Assembly (NCBI GenBank): GCA_963758525.1
Contig: CAVWVQ010000005.1
Span: 128,001-192,000 of the forward strand
Source of the DNA: an uncultured Phycisphaerales bacterium
Lineage (GTDB): Bacteria > Planctomycetota > Phycisphaerae > Tepidisphaerales > Tepidisphaeraceae
DNA length: 64,000 nucleotides
Reading direction: 5' to 3'
Within the stretch, counting starts at the first letter, position 1; each line of letters begins with the position of its first letter. Shown here one piece after another: positions 55,433 to 64,000 of this stretch. A program made the position numbers and the translations under genes. The notes beneath the pieces were generated by a model that was not told where the DNA came from, made no database searches, and saw nothing but the letters and a program-made list of their open reading frames with translations.

Positions 55433-55615
55433 CACCGCGACTCTAGCGAAAGTCGAATGAACCGCAAAGATTCGCCGTCGAAAAAGACGCGGCCGCGCAC
55501 ATCAACGGAAGGAGGCGCATTCTGTGCAGCACCCGCGCATGTTTGAGCCACAAATTTCAGGCGGGCACGCTCACCGGCTACACTGACCTCTGGGCGTCAA
55601 AATGAGTATCGATCG

Positions 55616-56341
55616 ATGACTGAGAGAACACTTCCCCAGATGGACCCGCACGCGGACAACTCAAGTTGGCGCACCTCCGGATGGTCGGCACTGATCCGCC
55701 TCTCTCCGGTGAAAATGCTCGTCGCGCTGGTGCTGTACATCGTCAGCGCTCCGTTTGTCGACCAGGTCCGCCACGGTCCGGTCATCAGCTCCCTCTTCAT
55801 GACAGGGGTACTGATTACCGCAACCCTGGCGATGGGCAGCCGGAAGTGGACTCTTCTTGTGGCCCTGTTCCTGGTGATCCCCGCGCTGGCAGCCCGCTGG
55901 GCGGCTCATCTGCGACCCGACTTGGTTCCGCCGGAGGTCTTCTCGACGGCGGGCATTCTGTTCGTCGGCTTTGTCGCGGCCAACATCGTCTATTTCATCC
56001 TTCACGCACCCGAAGTCAGTTCCGACGTCCTGTGCGCAGGCATCTCCGGCTACCTGCTGCTCGGATTGCTGTGGGCTTTTGCGTACACGCTGGTCTTTAA
56101 ATTGTCTCCAGACGCATTTGAATTTACCGCCAGAACTTCCGCGAGCCATGTGATGCAGGGTTTCACGGCAACCTACTTCAGCTACATCACGCTCTGCTCC
56201 GTCGGCTACGGCGACATCGTCCCTGTATCGCCCCCGGCGCGGATGCTTGCGATGATGGAAGCCATGACCGGAACGTTTTACGTGGCGGTGATGATCGCCA
56301 GGCTGGTCGCTTTGCATTCATCACGAAGGCCGCGCGGATGA
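55616..56341 (+). CDS. Potassium channel family protein (Ion_trans_2)
   Basis: YFSYITLCSVGYGDI filter motif and IARLV. Confidence 0.9.
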   Translation: MTERTLPQMDPHADNSSWRTSGWSALIRLSPVKMLVALVLYIVSAPFVDQVRHGPVISSLFMTGVLITATLAMGSRKWTLLVALFLVIPALAARWAAHLRPDLVPPEVFSTAGILFVGFVAANIVYFILHAPEVSSDVLCAGISGYLLLGLLWAFAYTLVFKLSPDAFEFTARTSASHVMQGFTATYFSYITLCSVGYGDIVPVSPPARMLAMMEAMTGTFYVAVMIARLVALHSSRRPRG

Positions 56342-56468
56342 ACCGCAATCTCAGCGAACCGGAGTGTTGAAACGAGAAGGCGCAAGACCGGGCATCCACC
56401 GCAACCGCGTACCACGCCGCGGCGTTTGCCCGTTACAGATGAATATCGCCTGGTGTTACGCTCACGAC

Positions 56469-56783
56469 ATGGAACCAATGAAACCCATGAAACCGATGAA
56501 GCCGATGCAACCCATGAAGCCGATGGCTCCGATGGAGCAGTGGTGGCCTGACGAACTGGGCCAGCCGAATTCGATCGGCAGTCAGAACGACCTGCGATAC
56601 GCCTACTTCGCCGATAGCCGCCGCCTGGCGGTGCAGCGTGGCGGCAAGACAACTCTCTACGATACCGGCGAACACCGTATCGGCGGGGTTTCGCAACAGC
56701 AGCAGAATAACGACGGCGGGGCGACCTTTACCAGTCAGATTGGGGATGTGAGGCTGGAGGATCTGAAGGTTGTCGAGAATTGA
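56469..56783 (+). CDS. Hypothetical protein with (MxP)n N-terminal repeat
   Basis: MEPMKPMKPMKPMQPMKPMAPM, then WWPDELG.P.S.GSQND.RYAYF...YDTGEHRIGGVSQQQ. Confidence 0.7.
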   Translation: MEPMKPMKPMKPMQPMKPMAPMEQWWPDELGQPNSIGSQNDLRYAYFADSRRLAVQRGGKTTLYDTGEHRIGGVSQQQQNNDGGATFTSQIGDVRLEDLKVVEN

Positions 56784-56852
56784 GCTGCTGCCGCCGCAAC
56801 AGCTCGTCGAGTGCGGCGCGCGAGACTCGAAAATGGCTGGCACCGCGAACGT

Positions 56853-57839
56853 TTACTTCGGCGCCGGAACAGTGGTCGGCACGGGAACTCCGGCCACAGC
56901 GGGGGCGGTTGCGGGCGCGACTTCCCATCCCGTGTTGATCACCAGCGTTGGGATCGCCTTTTTCAGCTCTTCCACACCGGCCGGCGTCACCTTGGTTTCC
57001 CAGAGATATAGCTGCCTGAGATTCTTCAGCGCCGCAAGCTGCGCCAGGCCGGCGTCGCTCACGCCAGTGGAATAGAGATTGAGATAGCCGAGATTCGTCA
57101 GGCCTTTGAGATGAGCCAGGCCCGAATCGGTGATCGGGGTTCTTTCCAGGTGAAGCTTGCGGAGATTTCGCAGCGGCTCGAGCGCGGCCAGTCCGTTGTC
57201 GGTGATCCTGGTGCCAGCGAGATTCAGCCAGAATACCTGCGGCGCGATGGGAGCGAGCGAGGCAAGCTGGGCGTCGGTGATCTTGTCGCCACCCATTTGG
57301 AATCCGATGTCGAGGAAATTGGTGTTCTGCGCGATCGGCATCGCCAGGGCGCCGGCTTTCTGGACGGCGGCAATGGCGGCGGGGTCGGCGGCGGCGACCG
57401 GCGGGAGTTGCGGATCGGCCAGAGCGGCGGGAGAGGTCGTCGGGCCGGTGGTCGCTGCCACCGCGTCCATCTTCCAATCACCGAACTTCGCCCCTTCGCT
57501 GATCCATCGCTTGATCAGATCGGTTTGCGCCCTGGCGAGCATCTCGCCCTTGGGGGGCATTCGCTCATCCGAATCTTTCGCCGCGGTGATGCGTGCATAC
57601 AGATCGCTCTTCGAAGGATCACCCGGCGCGACGGACAGGTCGTCCTTTCCGCCTTTGAGGATAGCCGCGGCGCTGTCGAGCTGCAGGCCGCCCTTGTGTT
57701 TGTCGCCGGCGTGGCACTTGTAGCAGCTCGCGGCGAAGATCGGACGAATCTGCCTGGCGAAATCGACGCTGTCGCCTCGCGTCAATACGCTTGTCAGAGA
57801 GATGCAGGCGGCGAAGCTGAGCACGATGCGCTGATTCAA
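56853..57839 (-). CDS. Planctomycete-type cytochrome c domain plus leucine-rich repeats
   Basis: Signal peptide, DFARQIRPIF..SCYKCH, RMPP, I.RWI.EGA and LxxLxLxxTxITD repeats; TTG start with AAGGGAG RBS. Confidence 0.88.
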   Translation of the reverse strand: MNQRIVLSFAACISLTSVLTRGDSVDFARQIRPIFAASCYKCHAGDKHKGGLQLDSAAAILKGGKDDLSVAPGDPSKSDLYARITAAKDSDERMPPKGEMLARAQTDLIKRWISEGAKFGDWKMDAVAATTGPTTSPAALADPQLPPVAAADPAAIAAVQKAGALAMPIAQNTNFLDIGFQMGGDKITDAQLASLAPIAPQVFWLNLAGTRITDNGLAALEPLRNLRKLHLERTPITDSGLAHLKGLTNLGYLNLYSTGVSDAGLAQLAALKNLRQLYLWETKVTPAGVEELKKAIPTLVINTGWEVAPATAPAVAGVPVPTTVPAPK

Positions 57840-57981
57840 TCGACTCCCTTTCGAGTAATGCGGTGAATATAGCATCTTCCCGGGTCCCACGATCGATCGT
57901 GCCTCATCAAGCAGAATTACAGTACACGCGATCTTGCGTTGCAAGGTCCGGAAAGCGAACAGAGTGCGAACCAGCAGGAGG

Positions 57982-58821
57982 TCAGGCGAAACACCGGCTG
58001 AGAAATTGATGGCTCTTGAGGGCCGCTTGCTGGGGGTTGTCGGTGTGGGTGTACAGTTCAACGGTGAGAAATCGTCTGTAGTCGGTTGCTTCCAGCGCTC
58101 TGCGCAGCCCGGCCCAGTCCATCGTCCCTTCGCCGGGAACCATGTGGTAATGCTTGCGGCCGGGGATGTCTTCCACGTGCAAATTCCAGATTCGCCCGTG
58201 CAGCTTCTTCACTGACTCTGGAACGGATTCTCCGATGACCTGGCAGTGTCCCACGTCCAGATTCGCGCCAAGCCGCGCGTGCCCGAGCCGGGCGATCCAA
58301 TCGCTCAGCTCGTCAACGTATTCCAGAAACAACCCCGGCTCGCACTCGATCCCGACATCAATCCCCAGTTGATCCGCGCGATCGAGGATCGGGCGAATCG
58401 ACCTGGCAAATTGCTCCGCGGCCGGCCCGGGAGGCATTCCGCCGAGCATTCGGCCGCTGGTGATGCTGATGTTCGCCGCTCCGACATCCTTCGCAAATTG
58501 AAGAGTCCGCAGGATCATTTCCGTACGGTCCGCCCGGTGCTTCGGATTTGGGCTGATCAGGCTCGGCTCGAAATAGGCTTCGGGCGGCGCGTCTTTCCAG
58601 TAGCCGAACGAGCAGTTGCAGTTGATGTTGCTGACCTGCAGCGACAGCTCTTCCAATGCTCGGCAGACGCCAGAGGTTAGTTCTTCGGTCATCTGCGGCG
58701 GATATGCGTGGGGAACGTCTGCAAGAATCTCCACGCCGGCAAACCCTGCCGCCTTGATCCCCCGCAGCGCATCGAGCAGCGGGAAGCGTGTGTAAGCATT
58801 GGTCGAAAACGCGAGCTTCAT
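57982..58821 (-). CDS. Sugar phosphate isomerase/epimerase (xylose-isomerase-like TIM barrel)
   Basis: GIECEPG, NLDVGH, LHVED, HMVPGEG and TVELY. Confidence 0.9.
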   Translation of the reverse strand: MKLAFSTNAYTRFPLLDALRGIKAAGFAGVEILADVPHAYPPQMTEELTSGVCRALEELSLQVSNINCNCSFGYWKDAPPEAYFEPSLISPNPKHRADRTEMILRTLQFAKDVGAANISITSGRMLGGMPPGPAAEQFARSIRPILDRADQLGIDVGIECEPGLFLEYVDELSDWIARLGHARLGANLDVGHCQVIGESVPESVKKLHGRIWNLHVEDIPGRKHYHMVPGEGTMDWAGLRRALEATDYRRFLTVELYTHTDNPQQAALKSHQFLSRCFA

Positions 58822-58829
58822 GTTGGCGA

Positions 58830-60184
58830 TTACGCTGACGTGAGTTGCGATTCCAACTGCGTCAACTGATCCGCGACGTCGCGCTCGGTCTTGGCGTCGG
58901 AGTCGACGGTTCGCACCGCGTGAAGCACGGTAGTGTGATCGCGCCCGCCGAAGTAGCCGCCGATCTCTTCCAGCGAGTAGCGGGTATAGCGCCGCGCGAG
59001 GTACATGCAGACCTGGCGGGGAAACGCGATGCTCTTGTGGCGGCGCTTTCCCTGCAGGTCGCTGAGACGCACATTGTAATACTTGGTGACTGCGTCGAGG
59101 ATCTGCTGAATCGTGATCCGCTTCTGCTCCGGCACCACCGAGTCGCCCAGTGCGCTCTTGGCGAGCTCGAGGTCGATTCGCCCGTCCTGCAGCATGCCAA
59201 GGCCCTGCAGCTTGGTGATCGCCCCTTCCAATTCACGGGTGTTGTTCTCCACCTTGGCGGCGATGTAGCAGACTACATCGTCCGGCAGCGTCAGCCCGCG
59301 CATCCGCGCTTTCTTCTGCAGGATCGCCACGCGTGTTTCGTAGCACGGCTTCTCGATCCGAGCGACAAGGCCCCAGTTGAAGCGGCTCACCAGCCGTTCT
59401 TCGAGCTCGGGAATTTCGCTGGGCGGGCAGTCGGCGGAGAGAATGATCTGCTTATGCTGTTGATAAAGTGTGTTAAACGTGTGGAAAAACTCTTCTTGTG
59501 TGCGATCGCGTCCCGCCAGGAAGTGAATGTCGTCAATGACCAGCAGATCGAGATGGCGATACCTGGTGCGGAAGTGGTGCATGTCGCCGTTTTCGATCGC
59601 GAGGATGAACTGATTGATGAACGCGTCGCAGGAGAGATAGAGGATGCGCGCATCCTGCTTGTGCAGCAGCACTTTCTGGCAGATCGCCTGGAGCAGGTGC
59701 GTTTTGCCCAGCCCGACCCCGCCATGGATGAACAGGGGGTTGTATGCGTTGCCCGGTTGCTCGGCGACGGCCAGCGACGCGGCGTGCGGGAGGCGGTTGC
59801 ACGGGCCGGTCACGAAATTCTCAAAAAGATAATCCGGGTTCAGCGGCAGCGGCTCGTCCCCCTCGTTGAAGACGCCGCCGCGCGGAAGGCTGTTGCAGTG
59901 AAAGCTGACGGCGATCAACCGCCCGGTGACCGCCTGTGCGGCGATGGTGAACGGCTGCTGGCACTGGCTCTGACAGAAGTTGAGCTGCGCGGGCGTCGCC
60001 ACGGTGACCTGTACAATCCCGTGGGTGAGCTGACGCGGGCTCATCTCATCGAACCAGGTTCGGTTGAGGCTCGGGTGCTGCGAGCGCACCTGCTGCAGCA
60101 TGCGCTGCCAGACGGCGGAGTCAAAAGAGGGTTCTGGGGCGCGACGAATATTTTGCGCGTCGAAAGCGGTTGGGTCGTTGTCAT
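58830..60184 (-). CDS. dnaA: Chromosomal replication initiator DnaA (probable 5' frameshift near 60125)
   Basis: F.NFV.G..N, YNPLFIHGGVGLGKTHL, IDDIHF, TQEEFFHTFN, RELEGA and GGRDHTTVLHA. Confidence 0.96.
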
Positions 60185-60299
60185 GGCGTTAAAGGAGACT
60201 GGTGAAAATCCTGCTCGTAACTTGCGGCGCGAATCAACCGCTCGAATGTGAACGAATGAAGGCGGCACTGTAGCGATGAACCCGCGCGACGCAAAGGAA

Positions 60300-61373
60300 T
60301 TATTCTCCCGCGCGCGAGATTTGTTTTTGCGCGCGCCTGCCAAAGAAAAAAGCGCGCGACAAGTTGCGTCTGCATCGCATCGTGCGCGCCGCCGCTGCAA
60401 ATGTTTCCGACGCCGCGCGCCTGTCGCGGAGGAAAATCCGGGAAGAATTTTTCATGGCGTCTGCTCTGGTGATCTGCGCGGGACCGGGAAGCGAGAGCAA
60501 TTCCATCACCTGCTTCAGATCGCTCCATACCGCCGCTCGTGTCTGTTCCGTGTACACGCGCAATACGTAGGACGGATGGTACGTCGGCATCAGTTTGATT
60601 CCGCGCCATGAGTGAAAACGCCCACGCATCGACCCCATGCTCGCGTTGGACTGCAGCATGTAGCGCGTGGCGGGCAGTCCGAGGGTGACGATTGCTTTGG
60701 GTTGCACGATCTCGAGTTGCCGCTCAAGGTACGGCGTGCAACTCTTCACTTCTTCGGGCGCCGGCACGCGATTGCCTGGAGGCCTGCATTTGACGATGTT
60801 GGCGATGAATACCTGATCCCGCCGCAGACCCATTGCGGCGATCATCCTCTCCAGCAGTTGCCCCGCTTTGCCGACGAACGGACGACCGGTGAGATCTTCG
60901 GTTTCTCCCGGGCCTTCGCCGATAAAAAAAATGTTCGCGTCGGGATCACCCTCGCCGAAGACCGTCTGGGTGCGCGTCTTGCAGAGAACGCACTTGGTGC
61001 AGCCGCGCACCTGCGACTCATCCAACGCCGCAAGCTCTGCGCGTTTTTCCTCGACGGAAAGTTCGGGACGATCGTGGCGCGCGGGTTCCACCAGTGCGCT
61101 TGCCGCAGAAGGCGCAGCCATCAGGGCGGCGTGCTGAGCCGGGCCACCGCCACGGGGCCGCGCCGCGATCGGTTCCGGCTCCGCTGCACTTGCGCGGACG
61201 GGTTCGCCGGCGCGGCCCAACACTGAAATGTCCGCGGCTGAATCCATTTGTGCCGTGCCGCGCGGCAGCGCGATGGAGCGCGGCACGCGGCGAACGCGAC
61301 GCACCGTCGAAAGCCCCATCGCCCGCTCGCTTCGCAGCCACAACTCTGCACGATGTCGCGCCGGATGACTCAT
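60300..61373 (-). CDS. Uracil-DNA glycosylase family 4 (Fe-S); true 3' end probably near 60452
   Basis: CTKC.L, GEGPG..ED..GRPFVG, NIVKCRPP.NR and TYHPSY. Upstream of 61373 the track ORF is antisense to the DHS-like gene. Confidence 0.92.
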   Translation of the reverse strand: MSHPARHRAELWLRSERAMGLSTVRRVRRVPRSIALPRGTAQMDSAADISVLGRAGEPVRASAAEPEPIAARPRGGGPAQHAALMAAPSAASALVEPARHDRPELSVEEKRAELAALDESQVRGCTKCVLCKTRTQTVFGEGDPDANIFFIGEGPGETEDLTGRPFVGKAGQLLERMIAAMGLRRDQVFIANIVKCRPPGNRVPAPEEVKSCTPYLERQLEIVQPKAIVTLGLPATRYMLQSNASMGSMRGRFHSWRGIKLMPTYHPSYVLRVYTEQTRAAVWSDLKQVMELLSLPGPAQITRADAMKNSSRIFLRDRRAASETFAAAARTMRCRRNLSRAFFFGRRAQKQISRAGE

Positions 61374-61496
61374 GATCGGCGGCATCGTATGCATCACCGA
61401 CCCACAGAACAACGTGACAAAATTTTCGCGTTGGAAACACGATTTTTCGCGCGCGAACCCTTGACGGCCCGCCGATATTTTATACGCTACTTTTGT

Positions 61497-61602
61497 AAAG
61501 CCACCACGAGCCGCAATGGCGGGTGCCCCCAATGAAGGGATGCACACCGTAGCGGGTCGCGGTGGCTTTTTGCGTTGATGGTGCCGTGCAAGGCACCAAC
61601 GC
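61497..61602 (+). promoter_or_regulatory. Structured 5' leader (long hairpin plus U-tract, then a second hairpin) upstream of the DHS-like gene
   Basis: AAAGCCACC...GGTGGCTTTTT stem, just after TTGACG-N16-TACGCT. Confidence 0.5.
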
Positions 61603-61637
61603 GAACAGCCGATCTTCAGAGCAGAGCGAGGTGTATT

Positions 61638-62687
61638 ATGGCAACCGCCAAGACCAAGAAGGATTTTCTTCATCAGACGATCGAGCACATCGATGTCACC
61701 AAACACAACGTCATCCCCGTCGTCGAGGCGATGTCGCACATGGCGTTCAGCGCCCGCGACCTGGCCCGCGCTGCCGACATTTATGACCGGATGCTCCGCG
61801 ACGCCGACTGCGGCATCATCCTCTGCCTCGCCGGATCTCTGATCAGCGCCGGGCTCAAGAAGGTGTTCGTCGACATGCTTCGCAACAATATGGTTGACGC
61901 CATCGTCAGCACCGGCGCCAACATCGTCGACCAGGATTTCTTCGAGGCCTTGGGGTTCCATCATTGGGTCGGCAGCCCCTACTATGACGACGCCACCCTC
62001 CGCGATCTGCACATCGACCGCATTTACGACACGCTGATCGACGAGGACGAGCTGCGCATCTGCGACGAGACGACACAGAAGATCGCCGACGAGCTCGATC
62101 CGCGGCCCTACTCCTCGCGCGAGTTCATTCGCGAGATGGGCGCCTATCTCCAGAAGATCGGCTGCAAGAGTCCCGACAGCATCGTCTATGAGGCGTACAA
62201 GCGCGACGTCCCGATTTTCTGTCCCGCGTTCAGCGACTGCTCCGCCGGCTTCGGCTTGGTCGCTCATCAGCACGCGCGCGGCGATCAGCCGAAAGTCAGC
62301 ATTGACAGCGCCAAAGATTTTTACGAATTGACGCAACTCAAGATCAAGAATGCCGAGACCGGCCTCTTCATGATCGGCGGGGGGGTTCCGAAGAATTTCG
62401 CGCAGGATATCGTCGTGGCCGCGGAAGTGCTCGGCAACGACGCTCCGATGCACAAGTACGCCGTTCAGATCACCGTCGCGGACGTGCGCGACGGCGCCCT
62501 CTCCGGCAGCACGCTCAAGGAAGCCAGCAGTTGGGGCAAGGTTGACACGGTCTTCGAGCAGATGGTCTACAGCGAAGCCACAATCGCCGTCCCGCTGATC
62601 GTCGGCTACGCGTATCACAAAGCCTCCTGGAAGAGCCGCACGGGGCGCAAGTGGAATCAGGCGCTTGAGCCGGCGGCGGTTGGGTAG
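61638..62687 (+). CDS. Deoxyhypusine synthase-like protein (bacterial homospermidine pathway)
   Basis: VSTGAN, IDRIYD, PAFSDCS, IGGGVPKNF and DGALSGSTLKEASSWGK. Confidence 0.92.
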   Translation: MATAKTKKDFLHQTIEHIDVTKHNVIPVVEAMSHMAFSARDLARAADIYDRMLRDADCGIILCLAGSLISAGLKKVFVDMLRNNMVDAIVSTGANIVDQDFFEALGFHHWVGSPYYDDATLRDLHIDRIYDTLIDEDELRICDETTQKIADELDPRPYSSREFIREMGAYLQKIGCKSPDSIVYEAYKRDVPIFCPAFSDCSAGFGLVAHQHARGDQPKVSIDSAKDFYELTQLKIKNAETGLFMIGGGVPKNFAQDIVVAAEVLGNDAPMHKYAVQITVADVRDGALSGSTLKEASSWGKVDTVFEQMVYSEATIAVPLIVGYAYHKASWKSRTGRKWNQALEPAAVG

Positions 62688-62713
62688 ATTCTGCCAGCTT
62701 CTGCAAAGTGAGA

Positions 62714-63411
62714 TCTGCCCGCTAAAGCGGGCAGACCGGCGGGAGCGAATGGACGTGCGCTGGCGCTCAAAGGGTGTCTGGGTGCGAAGGTTTCGGGTGC
62801 GACCCTGTCGGGCGGAAGAGTATCATGCGGGCGGCCACCGCTTCGAGCACTGGTACCGCGATAACTCCGTTTATTTCATCACCTCGCGCTGCCGCGATCG
62901 CTACCCGGCTTTCGAATCCGAACGTGCAGCGGGCGTATTCTGGGATCGGTTCGATCATTACGCACAGCTCTACGGATTCGTTCCGTGGGTCACGACGCTG
63001 CTCAACAACCACTATCACACGCTCGGATACCTGAAGGTCGGGGAAAACCTCGGGCCCATGGTGCAGCGAATACATGGATCCGTTGCGAAACTGGTGAATG
63101 ATTTGTTGCCCCAGCGGCGCTTGCCCTTCTGGCGCGGAAGCGGTCGGCGAGATTATTTTGATGGATGCATTCGCGACGAGGTCCAGTGTCGTCGGGCTTA
63201 CCGTTACACCCTCCTTCAGAGCGTTCGCGCGGGTCTGTGTCGAGATTGGCGCGACTACCCTCATACGCATCGCAAAAGCGACGTGGAGGTGGGGATTAAG
63301 CGTGCGCACGAGCTTAACGCGTTCATGGAGGGCGTTGCGTACAAGCGATATGAGCGCGGAAAGGAAAGCTGACGAGGTGCCTCCACCGGTCTGCCCGCTT
63401 CAGCGGGCAGA
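62714..63411. mobile_element. RAYT/IS200-like element: HUH transposase between 26-bp inverted hairpin repeats
   Basis: TCTGCCCGCTAAAGCGGGCAGACCGG (62714-62739) and its inverted copy (63386-63411, one loop mismatch) flank the CDS. Confidence 0.7.
62749..63372 (+). CDS. REP-associated tyrosine (Y1 HUH) transposase-like protein
   Basis: YFITSRC, NNHYH (HUH), FW...YFD..IRDE and YRY...VRAGL...DYP. Confidence 0.8.
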   Translation: MDVRWRSKGVWVRRFRVRPCRAEEYHAGGHRFEHWYRDNSVYFITSRCRDRYPAFESERAAGVFWDRFDHYAQLYGFVPWVTTLLNNHYHTLGYLKVGENLGPMVQRIHGSVAKLVNDLLPQRRLPFWRGSGRRDYFDGCIRDEVQCRRAYRYTLLQSVRAGLCRDWRDYPHTHRKSDVEVGIKRAHELNAFMEGVAYKRYERGKES

Positions 63412-63590
63412 ATGAGTCACGCTAATGACCTGAGTCACCGATCGGACACTACGAAAATAATCGGGGCTCGCGGAAATGCATGAGCGAACCGGACGGTAGC
63501 CGAGATTCCGCCGGGTTCTCGATTGCCGCACGGTCGGTGCGATGCAGCTCGGATTTGGATTTCGACGCCCGCCGGGGACACCGGCGCAGT

Positions 63591-63928
63591 TCAGGCGTTT
63601 ACAAGCTGCCGCTCGCTCTGAGCGCCGCGCAGTTGAGCGAGGGCGTAGACGGCGGCTTCACGCTCGCAGGCGCCGACTACGGTCCCGTGGCGTTCGTCGG
63701 CGGCGCGCGACGGATCGAGCGGTTCGCCAGCCGGACCCCATGTCGCCCGATAACAACCAAACATCAGGTTGTGCTTGATGGAAAGCTCGAGTCCCGCGCG
63801 GGCGAACTCCCGCTGCACGGTGAGCACGGAAGGAAAACTGCGGCCATCGGGGAGGCATCCAGATCAATCTCGCCAAAGGGGATCCAGCCGCTGTCCAGCA
63901 GACGATCTACCGCATATTCCAGATTCAT
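63591..63928 (-). CDS. Hypothetical protein (frameshift near 63845)
   Basis: MNLEYAVDRLLDSGW... joins ...VQREFARAGLELSI...EREAAVYALAQLR; AGGAG RBS. Confidence 0.55.
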
Positions 63929-64000
63929 ATTGCTCCTCCCAGACACCCCCCAACATGAGTTCGATCCGGCATGATGATATCGGCCGCTAAAGGGGGGTAG

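Noticed and set aside
60300..62618. 772-aa giant uracil-DNA glycosylase
   Set aside because: The N-terminal ~410 aa are mostly the antisense shadow of the DHS-like gene plus intergenic DNA. The real gene starts near 61373.
2600..63850. About 20 frameshifts suggesting mass pseudogenisation or programmed frameshifting
   Set aside because: They are small indels, often in short homopolymers or GC runs. They hit conserved genes (pheA, rex, dnaA 5' end) whose halves are otherwise intact, and share no slippery motif. Long-read consensus error is the best explanation.

Overview
A GC-rich bacterial chromosomal segment, most likely from a Planctomycete of the Phycisphaerae/Tepidisphaerales type. This is inferred from LE(S/P)RxLF export motifs, a planctomycete-type cytochrome c-LRR protein, a prepilin AFTLVEL stub and ATQP-rich tails. 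Single-base frameshifts in many genes, including pheA, rex and the dnaA 5' end, point to uncorrected sequencing indels rather than pseudogenes. The flanks (1-25 kb, 48-64 kb) hold housekeeping and metabolic genes: apgM, hom, pheA, rex, proS, apt, a sigma70 factor, leuS, dnaA, a family-4 uracil-DNA glycosylase and a deoxyhypusine-synthase-like gene. They also hold three type II toxin-antitoxin modules, several REP/REPIN-like palindrome families and a RAYT-like HUH transposase flanked by 26-bp inverted hairpins. The central ~22 kb (25.3-47.5 kb) is an accessory cell-surface locus. It has four large Ser/Thr/Gly-rich exported proteins built from shuffled modules: an alpha/beta-hydrolase-like head in three, seven copies of a ~180-aa DW(A)xWG domain I cannot name, Ig-like repeats, SdrD-B repeats and a beta-helix. 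These are interleaved with three GT-C-type membrane glycosyltransferases, two GT2 polyprenol-phosphate-sugar synthases and an OafA-type acyltransferase. This locus is the best candidate for an undescribed system. I saw no CRISPR array, rRNA or tRNA.
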